Shown here: positions 1 to 12,078 of the stretch, one piece after another
How positions within the stretch are numbered: the first letter of the stretch is position 1
Layout: every line of letters begins with the position of its first letter
Notes under the pieces: model-generated
The model's database searches: none
The model's input: the letters and a program-made list of their open reading frames with translations, nothing else
What the model was told of the DNA's origin: nothing
Assembly: GCA_037447605.1 (NCBI GenBank)
Contig: CM074811.1
Location: 1-64,000 of the forward strand
DNA from: Zygnema circumcarinatum SAG 698-1b
Lineage: Eukaryota; Plantae; Zygnematophyceae
Reading direction: 5' to 3'
Length of the DNA: 64,000 nucleotides
Translations under genes and position numbers: made by a program

Positions 1-179
1 AGGAGCCTGGGAGCCTGAGGCCTGAGAGGCCTGAGGCCCTGGAGTCCTAAAGGCCACAGGAGCCCTGAGGCCCTGAGGAGCCTGAGGCCTGAGGCCACAG
101 GAGCCGTTGAGAGTGTGGATGTGGGGTGCTGGGCCATGGGCCCCGTGTATGGCGGTTTGAAACTCACGTGCTCTCTATA

Positions 180-228
180 TGCTGCTTTCTCTCTGCAGTC
201 TATATCACTTTCTTTCTCTCTCTCTCTT

Positions 229-266
<38 letters not shown>

Positions 267-470
267 CTTTGCTCTCTCTCTAGTCTTTCTCTCCTCTACT
301 CTCTCTCCTTTGCTCTCTCTTATGTTCTCTACTCTAGTCTCTCTCTCCTTTGCTCTCTCCTGTGTTCTCTACTCTAGTCTCTCTCTCCTTTGCTCTCACT
401 CCTTTGCTCTCACTCCTTTGCTCTCTCACTCCTCTGCTCACTCTCTTTCTCTCCTTTGCTCTCTCTCTCG
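180..470. repeat. CT-rich low-complexity tract with short repeated units (ctctactctagtctctctctcctttgctctc); CCTGAGG-like repeats precede it at 1-105
   Basis: Visible in sequence; the overlapping poly-Ser/Leu ORFs are translation artefacts. Confidence 0.85.
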
Positions 471-640
471 AACGTTGCGCTGATGTATGAGAAGGAGAAA
501 ACGGGGGGGGAATCTCCAAAATGGGGGGGGGGCGGGACATTTCAAAACAGGGGGCAGATTAGCCATAATGGGAGGGGCGGATTTCAAAAAAAACAGTGGC
601 GGGATAACCAAAAAGAGGGGGCGGTATATAGTTCTCCGGT

Positions 641-842
641 TTTTAGGGTTCTTTAGGGTTTTTAAAAACCCGTTTCGATTCTATGTTCCTAATCGAGTTT
701 GGAATAAATATGTCGCTTTGTTCTCACGATGGCGATTCCACCACGAGTTTTGTGCTACACGACGTTGTTAGAGCCTTACACGTGTGTACGCTGTTGTTCT
801 AACTGCGGGCTCGTTATTCTGGAGTTTTTAGGGTTTCTAGGG
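641..842. promoter_or_regulatory. Telo-box-like (AAACCCTA / TAGGGTTT) motifs upstream of UPF1
   Basis: ttttagggttctttagggttttt at 641-663 and ttttagggtttctagggg near 826-843. Telo-boxes are an established element of plant translation-related gene promoters. Confidence 0.5.
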
Positions 843-1082
843 GCAGCCGAACCTCGGGCGAGCCCTCCGCCCTGCCGTTCGAGGCTCTCGCCGTCCGGAA
901 GGACGAAGCTTCAAGCTTCAGCCCGCCACGCCAGGGAACGGTCGCTCCGCCTCCGTCTCCGCCTCCGCAGGCCAGCCGGAGTACCGGAGCGCAGGGCGGT
1001 TAGCGGGGTGGGCTTCTCAGGCGGAGCGTGACGCGCTCTCCGCCTCCCTGCCTCCTTTCCGGAATCGCTGAAGCAAGTGAGG

Positions 1083-4000
1083 ATGGCAGACCCGCTGTCT
1101 CAGGCCGCCACTCACACGCAGCCAACGGGGGGCCAAGGGTTGCACAGCAGACATGACGTTCCGTTCATAGGAAGTGTTACCACTGGCTTTTTCATAGAGG
1201 ATAACGACCTGAATAGCCAGAGTGACGCATACAGGTTCTTAGACTTCAGCACGCAAGGCGACGAGTTCGGATATCCAGAATTCACAGAGCTTAGTCAACC
1301 GATTTCAAAGATAGAGTCGTGGACAGAAGTGCCAGAGCTTTCTCAAGCGCCTGCCGCCGCAAAAAGTGAGTCAGCAGCGGCTGCTGGTGATTCATTGGGT
1401 CCGGCTAACTCTGTTTCAGCAGGAGACGTTTCTTCGAATCAAGCAGCAGTTAACACGCTTACGACCGCTGTTAGCGAGTTGACTTTTGACGAAACTGCCG
1501 ATGAAGATCAAGAGATTGCCAAAAAAGACTTACCAGAGCATGCGTGCAAGTATTGTGGCATTCATAATCCGGCCTCTGTCGTACGCTGCAATGTTATATC
1601 CTGTCGGAAATGGTTCTGCAACTCCAGGGGCAATACTTCCGGTTCCCATATTGTGAACCACCTGGTGAGAGTTGAGATGCTTCGTCTTTCTTGCACACTC
1701 AGAGGATGCGCTTTGGAAAGTGGGAGGGGAGGTATTAGCTGCGTAGGTCCAAACAGAAACAGGATAGCTCTCGGTGTAGCGAAGTTTGCGACGGTTGTTG
1801 TTGAAAACACAACATGGTACGGGTGAATAGACAGTCCAAACAGTCCGAGTCGATAGTTCGTTTTAGTGAAAGCTAGCTGTGATGGTTTACAGACTCGTTT
1901 ATTACCTGTCTGGCATCGGTTGTTCATGGAGTTTCGGGTGCGGGGTATAACCAAATTTTAGTTATCACAAACTCTGGTATTGAAAACACAGCTCCTTTTT
2001 TGTTCCACAGGTGCGGGCCAAACACAAGGAGGTTTGTCTCCACAGAGATAGCCCGTTGGGGGAAACGACTCTTGAATGCTATAACTGTGGCTGCAGAAAC
2101 GCGTTCCTTCTGGGATTCATTCCTGCGAAAGCCGAGGCTGTGGTGGTTTTGTTGTGCCGGGAGCCTTGCCTCAGCGTTAATGGTCTGAAAGACATGAACT
2201 GGGATCTCAGTCAGTGGCAGCCACTTATTGATGACCGCTGCTTCCTGCCATGGCTGGTAAAGGTGTGTACTCCAAATCTCTTTTTTTTGTTTCGAGAAAA
2301 AAAGCAGACTGTGCCGCTTGTGCCTTCTTGTGTTTTGGGGAAGGCGTGTAGTTTCGAAGAGCTTTTCGACGATCCAAAGTTGCCATTGCGTCATTCGGTT
2401 GACTGGGGTAGACCATAGCTTCGAGAGAAATGTCAATGAAAGCCCGCCCACCTTACAGCATGCTCTTGCAGGCACTCCGTAAACCTTTTCGGAAGAGACT
2501 TCTAGGGTGGATACAAAGGTTTTAGTATTTTTGTTCGGTGTACCTTGTTGTCCTAGGGGTTTTTAGGTTTGCGTTTCTTGCTGTTGGAACCGGAAAATAA
2601 AAGGTCATTCCTGTTTTATCCACATGATAGCCACTTTGCTCGCAGTCTTTATGGGGTCTGTAAACCGTGTGAGCAGGTACCATCTGAACAAGAGCAATTG
2701 CGAGCTCGGCAAGTTAGTGCTCAGCAGATTAACAAAGTGGAAGAACTCTGGAAAAGCAACCCGGAGGCTTCGTTGGAGGATTTGGAGAAGCCAGGCGTAG
2801 ATGATGAGCCACAGCCTGTAGCCCTTCGTTATGAGGATGCCTATCAGGTACACCTTGTAGGGAAACCATGGGCCATATGATAAGCTATCCCAGCTGGTTG
2901 CGAGGAAGTCGAAAGGACTAGCCTTTACTCCTCTAGTGGTAGCTTTTCCCACTATCACTTTGAGTAATTGGCACTTGAATTTCTCGTGTCTAGCGTGGAG
3001 TAATGGCACGTGTCTAGAACCTTTGATGGACTTAGTCTGAATCAACGTTGCCTATTGTAAAACTGTTTGAGGAAATGTGGACTTCTAGTCTAATGTGTTT
3101 TTAGGATTTAGTGGCGGTCCTCTCATCTTTCAGACACTAGTGATACTGCCTTGTGGTTGTACATTGAGGGTTTTTAGGGTCTTTTTATTTTGTTTTACGT
3201 GATTGATGCCTGGTTGCTGCAAAACTAGCTTAGAAAGCGATAGCCATGACATGCGTGTTTGTCGCCCGAGCGCAGTATCAAAACGTGTTTGGGCCTCTCG
3301 TCAAGCTGGAAGCAGATTATGACAAGGTATGGCTGCTACCGCAATGCATGATATCCTGGCTGGCATGTACTCCTTTCATGGGCCGTTCTGTGTTTGAACT
3401 GGCCGGGTTCCATCACTAAATCATGTCTTCCTGTCTATCGTGTCTGGATAGCTTTCTGCTATAGATTTTTTACTGGTTTTGGATTTTCAAGTTTGAATTT
3501 TTCGTTGACAATTGCTTCAGTTCCCTTCGTGATTTAGTGTGTCAGTTAAACCTACGCGTTTCTGTCTGTCGGGCTTGCAGATGATGAAGGAGGCACAGAC
3601 AAAGGATGGGATCACTGTTCGATGGGATATCGGTCTAAACAAAAAGCGAATAGCTTATTTTGTCTTCCCTAAAGTGAGTAACAAATTACTTGCAAGCTGA
3701 AGACAGGACCCTTCAGTGGTTGTGCGTGGTTATGGACGGCGATCAAAGACGAATCAACAAACTGCTGGGGTTGTTAGGGTCTTTAGGTTTTTTAGACCAT
3801 TGGGCATGGAAGTCTTTCTGAAGCTACTTGTCAAAAACTCAGTGCTTGTGAATGGATGCAAACTCTTATTATTTTACTAACATTTGATTTCTATACCAAA
3901 AGTCAATCTTTTTGCTACCTAGCAAATCCTCTGAATGGCTATTGCCTTGGAGTGGTGCAGGAAGAGAATGAGCTCCGCTTGGTGCCTGGCGACGAGCTGC

Positions 4001-7000
4001 GCCTCCGCTATCCGGGTGACCCCCTGCACCCGGGGTGGCAGTCTGTGGGCCATGTCATCAAAATGACTCCTCAAGAAGAGGTGGCTGTGGAGCTTCGTGC
4101 AAGCCATGTAGGTTGGCTCTGCCTTCCGCTTATCTTTACTCAAATGGCGAGCACATGGCACGACTGGAAAGAATGGGGGTGGTGTGTCTAGCAGCACACC
4201 TTGCCTTTTTTTTCCTTGTATGGATTTTTCGTGAACCCATGCACATCATCTAATGTGCTATTGGGGCTCGTTGCAGAGTGCTCCTGTTGATGTCAACCTC
4301 AATTTTAGTGTGGACTTCGTATGGAAAAGTACAAGTTTCGATCGCATGCAGGCTGCCATGAAAATGTTTGCAGTCGACGAGACGAGCGTCAGCGGGTGAG
4401 TGTTTTTGTTTCTGGGAGCTATCTTTGGCTTACTGCAAGCATGAAGATCACGACTTCATGCACGATAACTAGTGCACGCTCTTTACGCCTTGGATCCAAA
4501 AGACTGGCACAAAGCCTGGTCTCTCCTCCCACAATCCCTCTCTTGTCGTTTTTTACAAGTTTCTTACGTGCCCCGTCGCGTATTTTGCTCTGCAGGTACA
4601 TTTATCATCGTCTGTTAGGACATGACGTTGAACCGCAAGCGATTCGTATCACGCTTCCTCGCCGATTCGGAGCTCCGGGTCTGCCAGAGCTCAACCAGTC
4701 GCAGGTGGGTGCAGTTCGTTTCGTCGTGCCGCAAATTAGTCAGAGGACAGCTCTCTCTTGCTGTGGAGGAGTTTCGTCGGACGTCACCTTCAGTGTGGAT
4801 GATCCCTAACTTCACTTTTCTTGACATAAAAGTATGCATAAACTGATAGTACAGTTCGCGACCGTATCAATTCGAGTAGATGCGCTCTTGCTAGCTTTTG
4901 TTTTCTTACATCATCTACTCCTATCCTGCGTTTTTTTGGAGTCGTGCGTTTTCTCTTTCAAAGGGATGTTTTCAATCCATTCTGTCGCTTGCAGGGCATG
5001 TCTTTTTCTTTTGAAAAAAAATTGGACATTTGTTTACTATCGTTTCCTGTTTTATCTCCTGTAGTCCTTGCATATGTGTAGCTGCTGTTATTTATGTTCG
5101 TCGTTTCTCTCAGAATGTGGCAAGTAGGTGGTGTTTGGGTTGTCTGCGTTGGGAAATTTCCCTCTCGGGCTGCTATACGAGACTTACCCTCCCGATCGAT
5201 CCTCATCATAAGTTTGAATTTTAACCTTTCGACAGTTTCTAGCCATCTAAAATGTCCGGTTTTGGGGCTGTGCTGTGCTGATGCAGGTCGAAGCTGTGAA
5301 GAGCGTGCTGCAGAAGCCGGTGAGTTTGATCCAGGGCCCGCCCGGCACGGGCAAGACGGTGACGTCCGGCGCCATCGTGTACCATTTGGCTCGGCAGGGG
5401 CAGGGGCAGGTGCTCGTCTGCGCGCCCTCCAACGTGGCCGTGGACCAGCTAGCGGAGAAGATCAGCGCCACAGGGCTCAAGGTGCGAAATCGGTGAACGT
5501 TCTAGTGTTCCTGCTGTTCATGTAATCGTTTCACATGCCATGCTTAATGTCTAGTCTATCTATGGCTGTTGATGATTGTACCAGGTGGTGCGTCTGTGTG
5601 CCAAATCGAGGGAGGCTGTTAGTTCTCCTGTGGAACATCTTACTCTGCACTATCAGGTATTTTTCATGTTCCAGCAGCTTTTCTCATCGTCCGTGTACTG
5701 TGGGCAAGAATGTAAATCGTCTGTTATTACTTCGTAGCCCAGAGAAAGAGTCTTGAGGCTTCAACATAACATCTAGTTGATAATATTTGTTTACTTGCAT
5801 CTTTTTTGGCAGGTCCGTCACTTAGACACCAGTGATAAGAGCAGACTCCACAAGCTTCACCTTCTGAGGGAAGAGCAAGGTGAGTATTCTCACTTACTTT
5901 TGAGGAAGGAGCCGGGTCATAACCGTTATGTATGATCATATTGCGTCTGAAGGATGCAAATCAAAGACTTTCATGTGGTCTGATTTCATCCTTTACGCCT
6001 TCAGTTGAGAACATGATCCTGTCCCTGTCAACGGAAAGCTCTCCGAACCTGGGTTTTTAAATGCACGCGGTGTCGGCTGCAGGGGAGCTGTCCAGCGCGG
6101 ATGAGAAAGAGTACAAGGCTCTCAGGAGAGCTGCCGAGCGCGACATCTCGCAGAGTGCTGACGTCATATGCTGCACTTGCGTTGGAGCCGGAGATCCTCG
6201 CCTAGCAAACTTTCGTTTTCGCCAAGTATGTGTCTGAATCTTGGTAAAGCTGTGCATGTTATGTTGAACCTGAATGCGACTCTCGTCTCAAAACGTTGGC
6301 ATTGGCAATTCATAGCTCATGGAACTGCTGCAGGATCATGCTAGAAATGTGATGGCTGGAATCAAGCTGGTGCAACGGGGAACCACCGCATCAAGCGTTG
6401 CGAAGTGGACTGAATGTCGGCTTCACACATCACAGGAGCGTTCCTCACTGACTTTGAATCGTTCTCTTTTTCGTCACCTTAGGTGCTCATCGATGAATCG
6501 ACTCAAGCAACGGAGCCAGAGTGCTTGATTCCTTTGGTGCTAGGTTGCAAGCAGGTAAATCTTCCTGTCATTGATATTTGCTGACTTATGGAGCTGTTGA
6601 AGGATTGCCAAGTTGTGCCTTTGAGGACTTCAATTTCAAGTTTTCAACCATATGTTGGCATGTTTTATTGTGCTGTTTACGTTCTGAAGGAACCTGAATA
6701 CACCTGAAGTATTTTGGGTAGTGCTAAGCAAGAACGATAGGGACGTGCTACTGGTGCAAGTAGATGTACCTGTCCACTAATTTGTAGAGAAATGCGTGTC
6801 GCTAGTTGTGTTGACATTGTGTTCCACTTTTTGGGGTTTCTGGGCGTCAGCTTGTGCTGGTCGGCGACCACTGCCAGTTGGGACCTGTGATTATGTGCAA
6901 GAAGGCGGCGAGGGCGGGCCTGGCGCAGTCGCTTTTTGAACGCCTCATTTTGTTGGGAGTGAAACCCATAAGGCTGCAGGTGAGCATCATCGACTAGCGG

Positions 7001-10000
7001 GCGGGGACGAGTGAGAGAGACGAACCAGAAACGCGGGGCTCTGAAATGCAGTGAAACTTCATCTACCCAAAGTCTGTTTGTCAGGGTGCCAGAGTCAGTC
7101 AGACCATGGACTGACTTCTTTCTTTTTATAATGGGTGTAGGGTTTGCTGGAGGTGGGGCTGTTGAATTCATGAGCAGCTAACTTACTTACTATAGCAAAT
7201 ATCGTGGTGCAGGTTCAATATCGTATGCATCCATGCTTGTCAGAGTTTCCTTCGAACACTTTCTATGAAGGAACACTTCAGAACGGTGTCACTCAGGAGG
7301 AACGCCTGCAAGTCGGCGTTGACTTTCCTTGGCCAGTTCCGAACCGGCCGATGTTTTTCTACGTTCAGGTGATAGGCTTAGCTGCTTGTTGTTCCCTGAA
7401 GGTGCTGGCTTTACGTTCATTGACTGTTAGAAAGGAAGAAAGTGAGCCGGGGGTTAGGAGAGAGTAGCAGAGAGGGAAGGCTATGTCAGGGAAAAGGACA
7501 TTCAATAGAAAAACTACTGGCAAGTGTGTGAGAATGGTGGTGTGAAGCACTTGATTTTAACTGACCCAGGCAGGCACCCTCTCCTAATCGCAATTGAGGA
7601 GGTCTGTATTGGCTTTTCTCTCATGGTTTCCGCGAGCACCCTTTGGATGCCCCTGCAGTTGGGCCAAGAGGAGATCAGCGCTAGCGGCACGTCGTATCTC
7701 AACCGCGCGGAGGCGGGCCACGTGGAGAAGATTGTCACCACGTTTCTGCGGAGTGGCGTCAACCCGAACCAGGTGCATAGGGGGCATGCTGAATGCAAGT
7801 GCATGCCAGGAATGGCATGTGGCTGAATTTGTTATCCTTCTTTGGAACATTTCATGTGTCTGCTCTTCCTGATTCTCTACTTTCCAAATGTGAAATTTCA
7901 AAATTCTCTTTAATACCATCTACTTTCAACCTTTGTAGTTTCTCTGAAGTCAGTATCTATTCCGACCTTAATGTAGCAGATGTTTAACCAATATACTTCG
8001 ATTTGCAGATTGGTGTTATAACTCCGTATGAAGGACAGAGGGCATATTGTGTGAACTACATGGCTCGCAATGGTTCGTTGAGGCAACAACTTTACAAAGA
8101 TATTGAGGTACGTCTAACTGCATGAGTACTATCTTCGGTGTCGAAATGACCTTTGAAGACCCGACTTCAATGTTAAACGAACTAGAGACCTTAGGAAACC
8201 ACGCCACGTGTTCGAAACCCGGAATTTCATTTTTTCGTGTTTGATCTGAATCACTCGGAGAACTACTGTGCCTGAGACGGCAGCATTCAAACACTGGCAC
8301 TTGTGCCCGATACTTTATTTATTCATTTTTTGTTCTTTGAGGTTATTGTGTGGAGAACAACGTCTTCGATTCGATCGATCTCGTTTGAAGCAAGCGGGTA
8401 GAGACACAGTATGCCAAACGTGTCAAATACATCAGTGGTTTTGAGCACTATGCAAATTCCTCAGATTTTCAATCTTACAGCGTGATTGATGTGAGTGTTT
8501 TTGTTTCATCAGCTCCTACGCCAAAGTTGTGGCTACGAATGGCAATGTGTCGTTCCAGTGTGCTCTTCAACTAAATTGGGGGATGGCGTTTCTGAAATGT
8601 ATCGATGGAGGCGGGCTGAGGTCAGGTGGCGAGCGTGGACTCCTTCCAGGGCCGCGAGAAGGACTTCATCATCCTCTCCTGCGTCAGGAGCAACGAGCAT
8701 CAGGCGAGTTCTCTCTCCCTGACAGTCGCTCCTTTCTGAAGGAGGAACGGCATCCAGGTTGACGGATGTGTTTCCGTAACTGGTGGTGTTAGATGGAGAA
8801 TGGCTTTTCCTCGCTTCGGTTGATTGATTTGTAGCACGTGCAGACAGCATGTTGCACAGTAGCGTCGACCAATGTGATGTTTCCTATAGTGTGCAAGGCG
8901 TCTTGTCGTTTGAAACAGCAACATGTATGATGAGATAAATGCTGTTCAATATTTTGTAACCTGGATGGCGATGGTGGATTTGCAGGGGATTGGTTTCTTA
9001 AACGATCCTCGTCGTCTGAATGTGGCTTTGACAAGGGCACGCTATGGGGTCGTTGTACTCGGCAACCCAAAAGTCCTGAGCAAACAGCCCCTGTGGAACA
9101 GCCTGTTGACGCATTATAAGGTCAGTCCTTCACTGGGGCTCCCTTATAACACGTACGTTGCAGCAGACCGACGTCCAAGGGCAGTGCTGGCCGATCGAGT
9201 TTGACTGGCTCGCCTTGAGTGCGTCAAAATGCTGACGACGAGGGCCAGTCTACCTCTTTACTGGAAGCCGATAGATGTTAGTGTTTTGTTTCCTCCCAGA
9301 CGTCGTTGACAGAGGTGATTTGGGAGTCTTAAAATCAGCCTACCACTCTGATGTTTATCTTGCTGCATGGCGCAATGTAGGAGCGAGACTGTCTGGTTGA
9401 GGGGCCCTTGAACAACTTGAAGCAGAGCATGGTGCAGTTTCAAAAGCCTAGAAAGGTGTGTATCCAAAACTGGGAGCTCAAATTCTGGTTGAGTTGATAT
9501 GTTTGATATTCTGTTCTGACTTCTGCCCACGTGATCGCATTACGATCAACGCAGAAATTTTACATTGGACATTTCTGGAGTCACATTGGCTTTGCTTAGG
9601 AGCAGATTAGATCATAGTGGAGGTCTGGATCGTGTTCTTAAGTTTTGCATTCGTGGCAAGCAGCCACACAGTATCACATGTGAGTGATCTATGCAGCGAA
9701 TCGTTGGCTTGTCAAGTCATTGTATATGGGCCAGAGTTAAGATGAAATAGGGTCCCTCATGAAAATGTACTGATATTTTACGAACCTATGGATGATGCGC
9801 CCTCCCTCTGTTTTTATGTCCTCTTCATTTCTTAGCTCATGACGGTTGCTCTGCTTGGGTTGTTAAGGATGCACTTTTAATCGCTTGTCTCGGCTCATGC
9901 ACACATGCCTTGCAGTCTTAGACTTGTTGAAGCCCTGTATAGCATAATCGACTTAAGTTCTGGCGTAAACATGCATTAGGAGATCCTGGGCAAACAGTGG

Positions 10001-12078
10001 AAGGCTCTGGAAAGCAAGTCGTTCTGAACAACTACCTGAGCAATTTGATGGCCCTTTTTGTGCAGATGCACTTTGACAGGCGAGTTTATCCGGGAGGAGT
10101 GTCTACAGGCAGTATGGGAGATGGCTTCGTGCCAGTCCCGACAGCCAGCGCTGCAGCAGGCCATGGCGCAGACAGGCGCGGAGGCCGGGCTCGATCCGGA
10201 GATGGGCAAGCAGGTAGGACTTGTGCATGCACAAATGGTCTTCACGAAGGTCCTGTGAGATATGTAATATGCTAGTGGGTCAGAGAGTTGGTGTCAAGTA
10301 TTTTCATGGCTCCGGTTATCTTCGTTGGCATGAATCCAGACTTCGCAGCGTTGACAAGCAGTGTTTGGCCTTTGCGCAGGTGGCTTTGTGTCGTACGGCC
10401 CTGCCTATGGCGGCGGGAAGCCTCCGTCCGTGCATGCGCACGTGCCGCCGTACGCGCCCCCCCGCCTGCCGCCCGCGGGCGCGTACCCGGGCGGCGCGCT
10501 GAGCCAGCTGTACGCCATCCCCTCGCGCGGGCCGGGGCCGGTGGGGGCCGCGCGGGGCTTCGGGGTGGGCCGCGGGGCCGCCTTCGCGCAGCCGCTGCCG
10601 CCGCACCTCGGGCCGGCCTTCCCCTTCGCGGGAATGGACGGCCCCGCCACGCAAGGGGGCATGATGACGCAGGTGCTGCTGCTGCTGCTGCTGCTGCTGC
10701 CGCTGTTTACACGTTCACTGTTCATCCTTGAATGAGCGGGTTGTGTTTCCACCTTCTTAATTGCTGACTCTCCCAGTTGATAGCACCATCGCTCGCCAAA
10801 TGCGGGCAGGTTGCGGAAACTACTTGTTTGAGGAATGGTTGGTGAAGTGTGCGTCCGTGAAAGGCAGCACGATCTCAGGTTCTCGAAGCCTATGGTCGGG
10901 TCTGTAGGGATGAGTTCTGACAGGGATGGTCTTTGTGCTGAGCAGATGCCTTCTCAAGGGCTCCGGGACGGCTTTCCATTTGGAGGAATGTCGCAGGTAG
11001 TTTATCCTTGTTACTTTTCCATATCCTGCTTCTCAGAAGCTGCTGCGACCTGTAGAGCTGGAGAGGCATTCAATTATGGCGAGGGGTTTGGAGGGGCTGA
11101 CGTTCATTGATTTTTTGGATGGCAGGATTATCTGAATGAAGATTTTAAGTCGCAAGGCTCCCACGTGAATTTTATGGGGGGCGAGTACGCAAGCCAGGTG
11201 AGGGTGGCGCCTTCTCCGCTTTCGACCGCAGGGCCGTTCCAGGGTCGTCCTCACAAGCGTCCTCCTCTGAGCGTGCGCAGGCGTCCCAGCCGGGGGGGTT
11301 CGGAGGAGCGGACTACGCCACTCAGGCAAACCATGCGGCGTATGGAAGTGATTATGCCACCCAAAACTCTCAGGGTGGTTTTTCCAGCGGCCTGCCTGGG
11401 GACTTCATTTCACAGGTAAAACGGGAGTGTGCGTGCCATGGACAACTTGGAAGCCGTAGGCGAATACATTCCTTCCTGCTGTCTGCTATGAGTCCTTATG
11501 CTAGTGAGGAGGGGGGGGGGGGGGGGGGGGGGGGGGNNNNNNNNNNGGCGTGGGCGAATTTCACCTTTATTTGGTTGCGATTCTTGTAAAATGACCTAGC
11601 TTTAACTTGGGAGAGACTGAAATTGTTGACGGATTTGGTGGGTGTGCGTGGATCACTTCAGGATCTATTGCCAGCAAACTCACAGGGGCCGTTCACTCAA
11701 ATGACGTATGGAGAGCACATTCCGAATGGGGGAAAAGAGAGTTTGGGAGGACCGGTGAGCTTAAGGAACCTTGTTTGGATCTGCAAGTTTATGAGAAATT
11801 GTTATCATTGGCAGTCAGCGAGGTCAGCGGAATGACTCTTGCAAATGCGAAATGAAATACGAATCGCCTGATACGTATTTTCTTTTTTTTTTCGTGTTTC
11901 TTTGATTGTCAGAGTTATTTTTTATGCTGCTTCTTCTCCCTTGATGCAAGGGCTAATCTCCTGTGTTCCAATTTGTCTTGACCTAGAATGTTGGCACATA
12001 CGACAGTAACTCTGACCATTCTTGTCATCGGCGGATTCATTGCTGCAGAGGATGGGTGCCTCATGGATGCGACACTGA
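1083..12078 (+). CDS. UPF1: Regulator of nonsense transcripts 1 (UPF1, SF1 RNA helicase of NMD), multi-exon
   Basis: Phase-consistent exons: 1083-1664, 2011-2262, 2677-2847, 3276-3326, 3581-3673, 3961-4107, 4277-4395, 4596-4704, 5287-5481, 5585-5656, 5813-5879, 6083-6225, 6483-6554, 6851-6979, 7213-7368, 7659-7772, 8009-8107, 8626-8703, 8986-9120, 9381-9455, 10066-10213, 10380-10672, 10868-10996, 11126-11197, 11281-11415, 11662-11754; tentative last exon 12049-12078. Motifs: CH domain ([34 protein letters not shown]), [49 protein letters not shown]-rich tail. The last exon is uncertain. Confidence 0.98.

Noticed and set aside
505-640. Alternating G-run/A-run segment upstream of UPF1 suggesting a Mutator-like TIR
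   Set aside because: No partner inverted repeat in the window; the match to the MITE interior is too weak to call.
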